The notes beneath the pieces are model-generated. The model was not told the DNA's origin, ran no database searches, and saw nothing but the letters and a program-made list of their open reading frames with translations. Shown one piece after another: positions 51,331-63,770 of a DNA stretch of 64,000 nucleotides (its first letter is position 1; each line of letters begins with the position of its first letter). Both the position numbers and the translations under genes were made by a program. This DNA is from Chiloscyllium plagiosum (Eukaryota), in NCBI RefSeq assembly GCF_004010195.1, contig NC_057728.1, positions 51,461,400 through 51,525,399 of the forward strand. The letters are read 5' to 3'.

Positions 51331-54300
51331 TAAGTTCAAAAGATTCTACTCTGCAAATGTGATAATCATCACTGGTGCTATGCCAATATAAGCTCAGTTT
51401 GTGTTTCCTGAAATATAAAGGATTTGGCTATGAGTCATTTGAGATATTTTGGATTTTGAAAAGAACTTATAGCAAAGACAAAGAATAAAAAGCAGAAAAT
51501 AAGATATAAGTGCATTTGTGTTGCATCTGTCACGAATGCAAGATGTCCCAAAACATTTTACAGCCAATTAATTATATTTGAAGTAGCTAGTGTTGAAAAT
51601 ATAGATAAAAAGAAACCCTTTTTGGGGGGTTGGGGAGTCCAAGACAATGTGGGCATAGCCTATCAAGAACTTCTTCACACACGGAGCGGTGGAAGTGCAG
51701 AACTCTCTCCCATAAAAAAGCAATAGAGGTTAACTGAATCTGATTTTAAATCTGAAACCAATAGATTTTTGAGAGTTAACATTAAATATGTAGAGCTAAT
51801 GTGAGTGAATGGAATTAAGATACACATGGATATCAAAGGGTTTGGGGATTGCTTGGGAAAATGGTGTTGAGGGAAAACATTTGGATAAGTACATGCATAG
51901 GAAGAGTTTGGAGGGGTATGGGCCAAACGCAAGCAGGTGGGACTAGTTTAGTTTGGGAACATGGTCAGCATGGACTGGTTAGACCGAAGAGTATGTTTCT
52001 ATGCGGTACAGCTCTATGACTCTATGACTGTATGTCTTTAATTTGCCCTCTGTGGAAAGCTTGTTGATGGACTAGCCATTTTCACATCCTTAGTTGTGCT
52101 GCTGAAAGTTTGCTGGTTCCTCAGCATTATCACTGTCAATGGTACCAATAATTCTTCTCCAGAAGATAAACGACTGAAATGCTGCTGTTGAGCTTATGTC
52201 AGCTCATCAGCCAGCACCAAATTGAAATCTACTGCATCAGTTTGTTTGCTGTACTGTTTGGTGTCTGGACAGTTTTCGTTAAAGATTCCTCAGTGAGCTC
52301 AAGTGAATTATGTTGCTCATTCTTTTTCTCCTTATTTGCACCTTCTCACAATTATAGTTGATTGCTGCCATCTGTTTTCTTCAGTGGTGGTAGGGCCATT
52401 GACCGTCCTCCCACAATCCTGTGTAATGACAGATTTCTGACTATCACACTGTTGACTGACCTTTGACTGTATGCCTGATAGTGCCTAAATGGCCCCTTTG
52501 TATCCTTTCGAAGACATCTTCCCAAAGGGAAACTGGAATAACTAATCTTCAGTTTTTTTTTATTGTGTCACCGCAGTCTTACCAGGCCATAGTGGCTACT
52601 CTCTCATTAGAGTGAAGCGACTGGTGGTGATTTAACCTGAGGGCCACCAGACCTCTGGCAAGGGAAGAGGTTGAGAAGGAGAGTCCTTCATGGTAACCTC
52701 AAATTGGTGATGGGAATTGAACCCATGCTGTTGGCATCACACTGCACTGTAAACCATCAATCTAGCCAACTGAGCTAAAACCTTCAGTCATAAGCTAGTA
52801 AACCATTTGTGAGTCAAAATGCTGAGTCAAAATGAGTCAAAAGAGAGCATCTTGTGTGCTCAACAATCAGTCTGGCCATCCTTCAATGCACTGATGAATA
52901 GTAGGATATTTTTGGCAACTCTTTATTTGGAATTGAATATGCTTGAGCCTCTTTTGACTTGCTGGTTTTACATGGCCACAAAAAACACTTTTGCCATCAT
53001 CACTCATCTCAATAGACCTTCTCTTCTCATTTTGTCTCCCATTAAGTACAAGGCACATTGGCCACTTAAACATAATTGCTAAGACTGTCAGAAGCCAGAG
53101 ATAATACGTCTGTCTCCATTAGGGTTTGAGCTAGTCTCCTTTTGCTCGTACCCAAGATGTCATCAGGCTGGGTGGAGGTGAATGCAGTCTCCAACACTAA
53201 CCCTTTCAGAACCAGGGCAGACTGGAACTTGAGGAAACAATCTAAGACTAAGAGGTTCCCACTTAGGACAGAGATAAGCAGAAATATTTTCTGTCAGAGG
53301 GTTGTTAGTTGTGGAATTCTCTTACCCAGAAAGCAGTTAGGGCTGGGTCATTGGATTTATGCAAGGCTGAAGTTAGTTGGAGTTTTGGTGGAAAGGGAGT
53401 CAAGGGTTATTGAGTAGAGACAGGAAGTTGGAGTTAACACCACAACCAAATCAGTCATTGAATGGAGCAGGCTCAAGGGAGCAAATAACACCCTCCTGCT
53501 CCTGAGTCCAATGTTTCTATAATCATTGAACAGTGGAACAGATTTGAAGAACTGAATGGCCTCATGCTGTACTTAACAGGTCAAACTCCAATTCCAATTC
53601 TCTCGGCACTCCCTGATTTTCCAGTAAAATCAAACAAATTCATTCACTTTTAACCAGCGTGGGAGATTTCTGCAAGCCAAATACTTTGTTGAAAACTCAA
53701 TTATATTGAGGAGAAATTACTTGACAAATTCCTGGTGTTAATTTACAGAAGGTCACTGGTGCAGATTCTGCTGTCAGTGTTAAACCACACACAATTCTAT
53801 GGTGGGACAAGACAGTTCTTTAGATCAAAGTGAAGCTGATATATATCTATATATATATGGAAGACCTTTGAAATTTGAATCAATGAACCCAATCTCAAGA
53901 ATGACATTTCAAAGTTGAAGCAAAAATAAACCACACAGACTTAGCTGTAATCATTATGAAGAGAAGGATGTTGTCAGTGTGCGAGCAATGTGGATTATTT
54001 ATGCTGCCTATTTTGATGTAGTTGATTTTCTATGAAAATTTAATGTAAATATTGAATGTCATAAAACTAATTCACCAGAGCAGATTCAACTTTTTTTTTT
54101 AAAGAAAGCAGCAATTGCTGGAAATGTACGACAGGTTGATTTGTATGGATGGTCGAGCCTTTTGAATTTAGATGATTTATATAGCTGCACATTAAGGCTG
54201 ACAGGTGAGGTTTGACATCCTTTCTAGAGGACCTTTAACATAGAAAATATCTCAAGGTCAAAGAGGAGAAGGAAGTCTGTTGTTTTCAGCTCCCTGTGAC

Positions 54301-54357
54301 TCTAGACCCATAGCCATGTGGATGATTCTTATTAGCCCTTTGAAGTGACCAAGCAGG

Positions 54358-54835
54358 AATATTGTGAAACCTGAAAGGGTTCAGAAAAGATTTACAAGGA
54401 TGTTGCCAGGGTTGGAGGATTTGAGCTATAGGGAGAGGCTGAATAGGCTAGGGCTGTTTTCCCTGGATTGTTGGAGGCTCAGGGGTGATCATGGAGTTCA
54501 TGGATAGGGTAAATCGACAAGTCTTTTCCCTGGGGGTGAGAGCATAGATTTAAGGGGAGAGGGGAAAGATTTAAAAGACATCTAAGGGACAACATTTTCA
54601 CACAGAGGGTGGTGCATGTATGGAGTGAGCTGCCAGAGGAGGTGGTGGAAGCTGGCATAATTACAACATTTAAGAGGCATTTAGATGAGTTTCTGAATAG
54701 GAAGGGTCTAGAGGGATATAGACCAAATGTTGGCAAATGGGACAAGATTTATTTAGGATATCTGGTCGGCATGGACAAGTTGAACTGAAGGGTCTGTTTC
54801 CGTGCTGTACAGCTCTATGACTCTGTGACTCTATA
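54358..54835 (+). mobile_element. CR1 LINE 3' end
   Basis: gaaagggttcagaaaagatttacaaggatgttgccagg.. ending in a (ctatgact)n tail. Confidence 0.85.
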
Positions 54836-57109
54836 AATCGTTACAAAGCCCAAAGAAAAGAATGAAACTGGATGGACTTTGACAAAGGCACTGGGTGTGA
54901 CAATGGCATAAGCAGTTCTGTCAACTCTGCAATGTCCTTTCGACCAACGTCCAGCAGCTCATTCCAAACTTGGGAGAATTGTCTCACAGATGATCAGACA
55001 ACAGCTTTACACAGTCATCCTTGCAGAACCAGACCTTGTGTGTATGTAAGTCTAGGAGAGATAGGTTCTTCATCAGCAGGGAATCAAAGGTTATGGGGAA
55101 CAGGCAGGAAACTGGATGTGAGGTGTGCTGGATCGACCATAATCCTATTGAATGGCAGGCCAGGCTCGAGGGCAAAATGGTCTCCTCCAATTCCTATTTC
55201 TTAGGTCTTCTGGTCCCTTAGCTATTGACTAGGTCCCCTTGTCATTTCACTGATAGGGCAGAAACCCCAGAGGGAAAGGTTGTTCTGTTTTGCTGCTCAG
55301 TAGGATGAAGGATTCACAGAGTAATCTTGCTCAATGCACCATCACCTCTTCCATGTCTGCAGAACAGATGGATGACTGTTTGTCATTTTAAAGAGATGTA
55401 ACGGAAAGATGAAACTTCATTTGCTGCTGAACCTTTCTATTTCCAACTTGCCCCATTTAGTCAAGGTGACATTTGATGACGAGTGAGCTGGATGAGAGAG
55501 AGGACTGGTTCAAAATCTAGATTTCAGTCTCACAGTTTGCCCACTGCATACATGATTCCCTGTGGATTCAGTGACTCATAAACCAGGGACATAGTTTATT
55601 GACAATTGCTGCAGTCACTGAAATATTTTCCAGACACTTTCTGGAATAAAGCACTTTAAAAAACTGAATATGTTATTGGCAATATAATGTCTGGGGGCTG
55701 GCAGTGGGAATAACAAAACCCAGAAAGTGGGTTTTTAGAGAGCGAGGTTACGTGCAACAGATATACTGGAATTCTCCGATGATACAGCAGGCCTACTGAT
55801 ACATTAGAGAAAATAACTTGCATTTAGTCATCTTCTCAAGCTGTTCTTTGGGATCAAGGGTAACATACTTCCGTTCCAGTTTGACAGGTTCTCAGGTGAC
55901 TGAAAAATTCAGTGTAGTAGTCCTGAGGGGTGGGGAGACGGGCTCTAATGCCCCAACGTCACCTCTTTGGATTCTCCATGAAGTTTCTGAATGCGTTTGC
56001 TGTCTGTCTGGTTGGTTAAATGCATCTGTCATCCCTTGCTAGTGCATTCCCCAGTCCATGAACTTCCAAATCTCTTTGACAATATTATAAACCTTCTCTT
56101 TCTAATCCAATGTTGTCCTTCACCTCTTTAGTTAGCCAAAGGTTAGTTAGCCATTTCTCTTCGGGATTTTTATTCTTTAATGTTGAGAATTATGAAATTT
56201 TTGTTTAAATGTAACACACCTCTTACCTCTGATCCAATATTTTAATCCCATTTATCTATCTACTTTACCGTACGTGTACTTCATGTCGATGTAACTGGCT
56301 TTATCATTACGTTCAATACTCTAGTTTCCAGTTTAAGTGAACCACTCAAACTCAATGTGAAATTCTAACATAATATGCTCACTCTTCCCCAAAGGATTAA
56401 GTTACTAATTAACCCTGCCTCATTACAGAGAACTTCAAAAATGCCTTCTTCCCAGTTTAGTTCAACAATAGTTCAAGGAAATTGCCTTTCATGCTTCCAA
56501 ACTCGTTCTGATCATTTTCATTTGTCCAATTTGCCTGAAACTCCAAATTTATTTCTTTGCCTTTGTGATGAAATTATTTTATTTCTTGATTAATACTTTG
56601 TCAACAGCATACATAGTGCTATCAGGCTTTGTAATTTAATGTAAACTATTTTCATGTTTGCACCCACTCTCCAAATGAATTGGTCACTTAAAATCACTCT
56701 CCTGCTTTCTCCCCTAACCCTGCACATTGTTCCTTTTCATATAAGAATTTAATTCCCTTTCGAATGTCCTGATTGAAGGCACCATCAGGTAGTGCATTCC
56801 AGACCTGAGTTCTCACTGTGTGAGAAAGATTTTCCTTACATTCCTTTCCCTTATTTTATAAATTATTTTAAATCTCTGCCCCCTCATTATCAATCTTTTG
56901 TGAATACTTTACAGTTACACCCACAGCACCAGGTACTATTCTGGATACTAGGATGATTACTGCTGGTACTTGGAGTATAGTTCTGGGCACTGGGAAATAC
57001 ACATCAGGAACTCAAGGTACAGTTCTAGACAGTTGCTCAGATCTGGAGAGTTGGGACACAGTACACTTCTGGGCACTGGGAAATACACATCTAGAGAACT
57101 GAGCGCACA

Positions 57110-57780
57110 TGGAGTCATAAAGTTGAACAGCATGGAAATAGACCCTTTGGTCCAACATGTCCATACCAATCAGATATCTAAATTATTGTCGTTTAGTTTG
57201 CCAGCATTTGGCCCATATTCCTCTAATCCCTTCCTATTCATTTACCCATCCAAATGCCTTTTAAATGTTGTAATTGTACCAGCCTCCACCACTTCTTCTG
57301 GCAGCTCATTCATACATGCACTGCTGTCTGCATGAAAACGTTGCTGCTTAGATCCGTTTTAAATCTTTCCCTTCCCATCTTAAACCTATGCCCTTTAGTT
57401 TTGGACTCCCCTACTCTGGGAAAATACCACGGCTATTCATCCTAAACGTGGCCCGCATGATTTTACAAACCTCTATGACATCACCGCTCAGCCTCTGATG
57501 CTCCAGGGAAAACAACCCCAGCCTATTCAGCCTCTCCTTATAGCTGAAACCCTCCAACCCTGGCAACATCTTTTCTGAACCCTTTCACGTTTCACAACAT
57601 CCTTCCTATAGCAGAGAGACCAGAGTTGAATGCAGTATTCCAGAAGTGGCCTAACCAATGTCCTGTGCAGCCACAATATGACTTCCCAACTCCTATACTC
57701 AATGGACTGACCAATAAAGGCAATTGTACTAAATGCTTTCTTCAGTATCCTCTCTGCCTACAATACCACTTTTAAGGAAA
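57110..57780 (-). mobile_element. CR1 LINE 3' fragment
   Basis: Closely similar to 28598-29285. Confidence 0.85.
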
Positions 57781-58082
57781 TGGACAGCTGGGCATTGATT
57801 CACATCTGGATCACTGGGTACAGTTCTGGGCAATGGTTCAAAATTGGATCGCTGAATGTACGTTTGGATCGCTGGGTACAATTCTGAGCAGTGCCACTCA
57901 CCTGGAGTGCTGTGGCACTGGGTGTGGTTGTCCTAAAATAAACAATTAACAGGCATCTTTAAACATAGTTGCAAGGAACACAGGGGCAATTATTGAGCCA
58001 GATATTCCTTTGCTGGGTACAAAATATAACCACACATCGAAGCCTGTCAACAGTATGTGACCTTTCTCCTCTTCTGTTGTAG

Positions 58083-59197
58083 GTGTTAGTAGCTGCTCTG
58101 GGATGACTGGCCCACAAGCGAATGACCAAACACCCACCAGGAAACATATCCTGATCTTTGCCACGACCAGGAGTGGATCCTCCTTCCTAGGGCAGCTGTT
58201 CAATCAGCACCCTGCTATCTTTTATCTGTATGAGCCTCTCTATCATGTGCAACAGGTGTTTGCGAACTCAAGTACCAGGGTGAGGAACACATTGGACAGA
58301 CGGGCTCTCCTGGGGGCACACAGGGACTTGCTCAGCAGCCTGTATGACTGTAACCTGAATTTCCTGGAGAATTACATGAAGCCTACGCCCAGGGACCACG
58401 AAACCACCGCGTTTTTTCGGAGAGGGGCCAGCAATGCTCTGTGTGAACCCCCACTTTGCCACTGGGATCGGGGCTCCAAGGAGGTGATTGAGTATCTCTG
58501 TGCCAGGCGGTGCAGGGCACTGAACCTGACCCTGGCATCGCAGGTTTGTCGGGCACGCCCTCACGTGGCCATCAAGACCGTCAGGATACCTGAGATCAAG
58601 GACATCCGCCTCCTGAGCGATGACCCCAGGCTCGACCTGAAGATCATCCACTTGGTCCGAGACCCCAGGGGAATACTTGCCTCCAGGATGGGCACCTTCA
58701 CGGAAAATTTCCGAGCCTGGAAAATCTGGAACGCCACCGGCAGAAAGCCGCACAGCGTGGATCTGTCCCAAATAGCGACCACTTGCAACGACCTCCTCAA
58801 CTCGGCAGGCACGGGGTTAAGCAGACCACCCTGGCTGCGGGGCAAGTACATGTTGGTGAGATATGAAGAGCTGGCAAGGGAACCTTTCAAAAAGACCGCT
58901 GAGATTTACCACTTCATTGGTTTGGATGTGGACAGTCAGGTTAAGAGATGGATACTTCACAACACGAGGGCCACAAGTGGCTCAACAAGGAATTACAAGT
59001 ACACAACCACAAGGAACTCGTCAGCCACGGCAGAAAACTGGAGGCTCAACCTCTCCTTCCAGATTGTGCAGACAGTCCAACAGCTCTGCAATGACACTCT
59101 GAACCAACTGGGCTACCAACTGGTGCAGTCGCTGAAGGATTTGCGGAACCTCTCCAACAGTTTGGTGGAACCCAAGATTTTTGCTCCTTTCCTGTAG
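58083..59197 (+). CDS. CHST1-like carbohydrate (Gal-6-O) sulfotransferase, coding exon 2 (catalytic domain)
   Basis: Acceptor ctttctcctcttctgttgtag ends 58082 and the phase matches exon 1 (G+GT=Gly). 5'-PSB motif ATTRSGSSFLGQLFNQH, 3'-PB motif LVRDPRGILASR, plus HVAIKTVR and KYMLVRYEELA; stop TAG at 59195-59197. Confidence 0.93.
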
Positions 59198-59216
59198 CCA
59201 TGAACTGTGCAGCTGC

Positions 59217-59222
59217 AATAAA
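59217..59222 (+). terminator. Candidate polyadenylation signal
   Basis: AATAAA 20 nt after the stop; an alternative lies at 60070-60075. Confidence 0.4.
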
Positions 59223-59484
59223 GACGTTTAAATAATGACCTCCTAAAGAAGTGGGGAGATGAGGGATGCCCGTGCAGGAGGAGGAGCCAGGAGCTGTGGC
59301 TGGATATCGGGCTGGGTTCAGGGTGGTACACACTGGTGGCCCAAGTCACACCCACACTTGGCCCTCGGGGACCCATTGGGTTTACAGCCTCTGGCTCCAG
59401 TTGGACTCCAGAAAAAAAAATTCCCAGTCCGTGGGAACAACTTTGGGCTGATTGAATCCCTGGCAGCAGCACTGATTGAAATCG

Positions 59485-59905
59485 AGAATGGAGAGAAAGA
59501 GGGAGTGAGGAATTGGGTGGGAGAGGAAGTAATCGAAAAGGAGGGAGGGTGATTGAAGGGAGAGGGACAGATTAGGTAGGAGAAAGGGACAGGTAGGATG
59601 AGAAGAGAGAGAGAGAGACAGTGAAAATGATAAGGAAGAAGAGCAAAAGAGTAAATGAGTGATGGAGAGGAAGAAAGTGCATGGATATTAGAAAGGAGAG
59701 AGAGAGAGTTTGGAGAGGAGGAGAGATTAGCTGAATAGGAGAAAGAGAGAGAAAATTAGGGAGAGAAGCAATCAGAGAGAGAAAAAAGGAGTGAGGTAGT
59801 GAGGCAACCTTAGGAGGGAGGAAACGCAAGAGATTAGTGGAGAAGAGAATGATGAGGAAAGAGTAATAGATAGAGAGCGCAATTAGGATAGAGAAAGAGA
59901 GTGGA
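59485..59905 (+). repeat. Polypurine (GA-rich) low-complexity tract
   Basis: About 420 bp dominated by G and A on the plus strand. Confidence 0.85.
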
Positions 59906-60410
59906 GCTCTGGGGAAGATGAGCTCAAGATGGTTCCCTGCAACAGGCCATAAACTTGTCTGTTATCTCTGAACCGTTACTAGGATCCTGCTTTACAGCTG
60001 AGGCTTCCATACCAACAGGACACACCGTTTAAGGAAATTAATGATGTGTGCAGTATTTTCAGAAGTGCAAATAAAAGATTTTGTTTTATTTTGGTAAGAG
60101 AGAGAACTCAAACACAAGGTACTTGGTGATTTCAGTATCGGAGATGGGGAGGGTGCATCTTTTGACTGTAATCTTGTTTCAATTAAAAAGGATTGATGTT
60201 AAATCCAATGTTTATTTGCATGTGGCTGTGTTTTCACCAGGAATGGGTGGATGGCAAAGTGTTTTTATTATCTGCTGTCTTGTGTGAGTCGATGCAGCTA
60301 GAAACGGCAATGGAAATCAATGCTAAAATAAATATCATGTTCCTTTTTATTCACTTACAAGATAAGAGAATCGTTGGCTGGACCAGCATTTATTACCTGT
60401 CCCTAATCAG

Positions 60411-60700
60411 GGGCCACGGTGGCTCACAGCACCAGGGATCCGGGTTCGATTCCAGCCTCGGCTGACTGTCTGCATGGGTTTCCTTCAGGTGCTCCGGTTT
60501 CTTCCCACAATCCAAAGATGTGCAGGCTATTGGTGAATTGGCCATATTAACTTGTCCATAGTGTTCAGGGATGTGCAGGTTAGGTGCAGTAGTCAGAGGT
60601 AAATATAGGGTAGGGGAATGGGTCTGGGTGGGTTACTGTTTGGAGGGTCAGTGTGGACTTGTTGGGCCAAAGGGCCTGTTTCCACACTGTAGGGAATCTA
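60411..60700 (+). mobile_element. tRNA-derived SINE (HE1/V-SINE-like)
   Basis: gggttcgattcc B-box, central domain and ggcctgtttccacactgtaggga tail. Confidence 0.8.
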
Positions 60701-60709
60701 TGATAATTA

Positions 60710-60930
60710 GCTGGAAATGTGTTGCTGGAAAAGCGCAGCAGGTCAGGCAGCATCCAGGGAACAGGAGAATCGACGTTTCGGGCATAAGCCCTTCTTCAGA
60801 TTCCTGAAGAAGGGCTTATGCCCGAAACGTCGATTCTCCTGTTCCCTGGATGCTGCCTGACCTGCTGCGCTTTTCCAGCAACACATTTCCAGCTCTGATC
60901 TCCAGCATCTGCAGACCTCACTTTCTCCTC
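60710..60930. mobile_element. Young perfect-palindrome short retroelement with hammerhead motifs
   Basis: About 90-bp arms that read as exact reverse complements; core CTGAAGA..GTC at 60804-60831; direct repeat aatctatgataatta at 60695-60709 and 60931-60945. Confidence 0.88.
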
Positions 60931-61485
60931 AATCTATGATAATTACTCTGGGGTGTAAGGTGTTGAGCTTCCTTCTTGAATGGGTTTGGTCATTAGGTGT
61001 AGGTGGACTTATAGGGCTGTTGGTGAGGGAGTTCCAGGATTTTCACACAGAAGAAGCGGCCTTATAATTCCAAGTCAGGCGGGTGAGTGAGAGGAACCTG
61101 GATTAGTTCTGTTCCCATGTATGTGCAGCCCTTGTCCTTCGAGTTGGCAGAGAGCAGGTTTGGAAAGTGCTGACGAAGGAGCCTCGGTGTGTTGCTTCCA
61201 GTGTATCTTGTAGATGAGACACACTGCTGCCACTGTGTACTGATGGAGAAGGAAGTGATTGTTGAAGCTGCTGGATGGCATATTGATGAAGCGAGCTGGA
61301 TGATGCTGAGCCTTTTCAGTTGCATCTCTCCAGGCAAGTGAGAACACTCTATCACATTCCTGACTTACATCTTGGTGGACAGCTCTGGGGAGTCAGAAGG
61401 TGAGTTACTCACTGCAGAGTAACTGCACAGTGAGTTACTCACTTCCAGCCTCCATCCTGTTCCACGGTAGACACAGTATTTATGT

Positions 61486-61704
61486 GTCAAAAAATGTGGT
61501 GCTGGGAAAGTACAGCCGGTCAACAGCATGCGAGGAGCAGGAGAGTCAACGTTTCAAACATAAGCCCTTTATCAGGAATGGCATTCAGTCACATTCCTGA
61601 TGAAGAGCTTATGCTCAAAATGTTGACTCTCCTGCTCCTCGGATGCTTTTCCAGCACCACACTTTTTGACTCAGATCTCCAGCAGCTGTAGTCCTCACTT
61701 TTTT
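61486..61704. mobile_element. Diverged palindromic hammerhead-family element within a LINE fragment
   Basis: Inverted arms; CTGATGA-A-GAGC-TTAT-GCTC-AAAA at 61597-61620; direct repeat cacagtatttat at 61472-61483 and 61705-61716. Confidence 0.78.
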
Positions 61705-61985
61705 CACAGTATTTATATGACTGGCCCAGTTCAGTTTCTTGTCAATGGCAACTCTCAAGGTTTTGATGGTTGGGGTTTCAGTGATGGTAGTGCCCATGAA
61801 TATCTAAAGGAGAAGATTACATTTTTCCCTTGTCAGAAATGGCACTTTTCATTGCTTGGCTCATTTATGGTTCAAATGTTACTTGTCACGTGTCAGCTTA
61901 AGATTAAATATTGCTCACATCTTGCTGCATATGGACTGCTTCGATATCTGTGGAGCCTTGAATGATGTAGAGCATTGTGTAATGA

Positions 61986-62306
61986 TTTAGGTTTAGATTA
62001 CTTACAGTATGGAACAGGCCCTTTGGTCCAACAAGTCCACACCAACCCTCCGAAGAGCAACCCACCCAGACCCATTCCCCGACATTTACCCCTTCACCTA
62101 ACACTACGGGCAATTTAGCATGGCCAATTCATCTAACCTGCACATTTTTAGACTATGGGAGGAAACCAGAGCGCCCGGAGGAAACCCACGCAGACACAGG
62201 GAGGATGTACAAACTCCACACAGACAGTCGCCTGAGGCGGGAATTGAACTTTGGTCTCTGGCGCTGTGAGGCAGCAGTGCTAATCACTGTGCCACCATGC
62301 CGCCCA
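61986..62306 (-). mobile_element. tRNA-derived SINE (HE1/V-SINE-like)
   Basis: Full-length copy, same layout as 12365-12686. Confidence 0.85.
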
Positions 62307-62774
62307 CTTAATCATTAATGAATATCCCCAGTTCTGACCTTATGATGGGGGGATGGTCATCAATGAAGCAGCTGAAGGTGGTTGGGTCTAAGACTCTATC
62401 CTGAGGAACTCCTGCTGTAATGTCCTGAGCTGAGATGACGGACCTCCAACAATTACACAAACCTTTTTTATATTAAGTACGTCTGCAACCAGAGGAGACT
62501 TTCCCCCCCAGTTTCCATTGATTGAAGTTTTGCAAAAGCTGTTTGGTGACACCAAAAAAGAAATTGCTGAAGAAACTCAATAGCATCTGTGGAGAGAAAG
62601 TAAAGTTAATGTTTCAAGTCCAGTGATCCCTTTTCAGAATGTCCTTAATGACACACTTAGTTAAATGTGGCCTTGCTGCCATGTTCAGACTATAGCTGTA
62701 TTCGGGTCATGAGCTCAATGGTCCTGGCACTTGCCAAATTAAAAGTCAGTGAGTAGGTCATTTCAGCGGGATGT

Positions 62775-63447
62775 TACTCATGCCCCCCAACACACTAACA
62801 GGACAGAGGTGGAACGAGTGGAGAGTGTCTAGCTCCTGGGAGTGGTCATCCACAACAAGCTTTCTTGAACTCTTCATGTGGATGCACTGGTTACAAAGAC
62901 CCAACAACATCTCTTCTTCAGGCAGCTGAGGAAATTTGGCATGACAGCGAATACCCTTGCCAACTTTTATAGGTGTGCCATTCTGTCTGGATGTATCACT
63001 ACTGGTATGGTAACTGTACCATTCAAGATCGGAGATGGTTACAGAGAGTGGCGAACTCAGCCCTGACAATCACAAAGGCCAACTTCCCATCTATAGAATC
63101 CAGCTATCAGGCCCGCTGTCAAGGAAAGGCTGCCAGTATTTTCAGAGATCCATTCCACCCTGGCAATATACAACCTCTACCATCGGGGTGAAGGTACAGA
63201 AGCCTGAACACAAGCACCACCCGGTTTTGTAACAGTTTCTACCCTCCTGTTGTTAGAATACTGAAAGGACTCACAAACTCTTATCATTCACCCGTACTTG
63301 TGTTTTTGTTTTTGCTGCTGTTTACCTATTATTTAATTATCTATGCTACTTAACTGTGTGATCTGCCTGTATTGCTCACAAGACAAAGCTTTTCACTGTG
63401 CCTCGGTACACGTGACATTAAATTCAATTCAATTCAATTCAATTCAG
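62775..63447 (+). mobile_element. Rex1/Babar-like LINE 3' fragment
   Basis: Frameshifted QQHLFFRQLRKFGM..LANFYRCAILSGCIT / WYGNCT..LQRVANSA, typical of the Rex-Babar RT C-terminus; (AATTC)n tail at about 63421-63446. Confidence 0.75.
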
Positions 63448-63449
63448 TT

Positions 63450-63770
63450 GTTGTAACAGTGCTGCCTTCCAGTGCCAGGGACCCGGGTTCGACTCCAGCC
63501 TTGGATGACTGTCTGTGTGGAGTTTGTACATTCTTCCCGTGTCTGCTTGGGTTTTCTCCGGGTGCTCCGATTTCCTCCCATAATCCAAAGATGTGCAGGT
63601 TAGGTGTATTGGCTATGCTAAATTGCCCATAGTGTCCAGGGATGTGTTAGTTAGGGGTAAATGTAGAGTAATGGGGTAGGAGAATGGGTTTGGGTGGAAT
63701 ACTCTTCAGAGGGTCGGTGTGAACTTGTTGGGCCGAAGGTCCTGTTTCCGTGCTGTTGGGATGCTATGAT
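63450..63770 (+). mobile_element. tRNA-derived SINE (HE1/V-SINE-like)
   Basis: gggttcgactcc B-box, central domain and CR1-like tail. Confidence 0.8.

Noticed and set aside
58103..58105. ATG as the start of the sulfotransferase
   Set aside because: It would omit the membrane anchor; a strong acceptor 20 nt upstream joins in frame to the exon at 36692.
58268..58890. Antisense ORFs over the sulfotransferase exon
   Set aside because: Shadow ORFs in GC-rich coding sequence.
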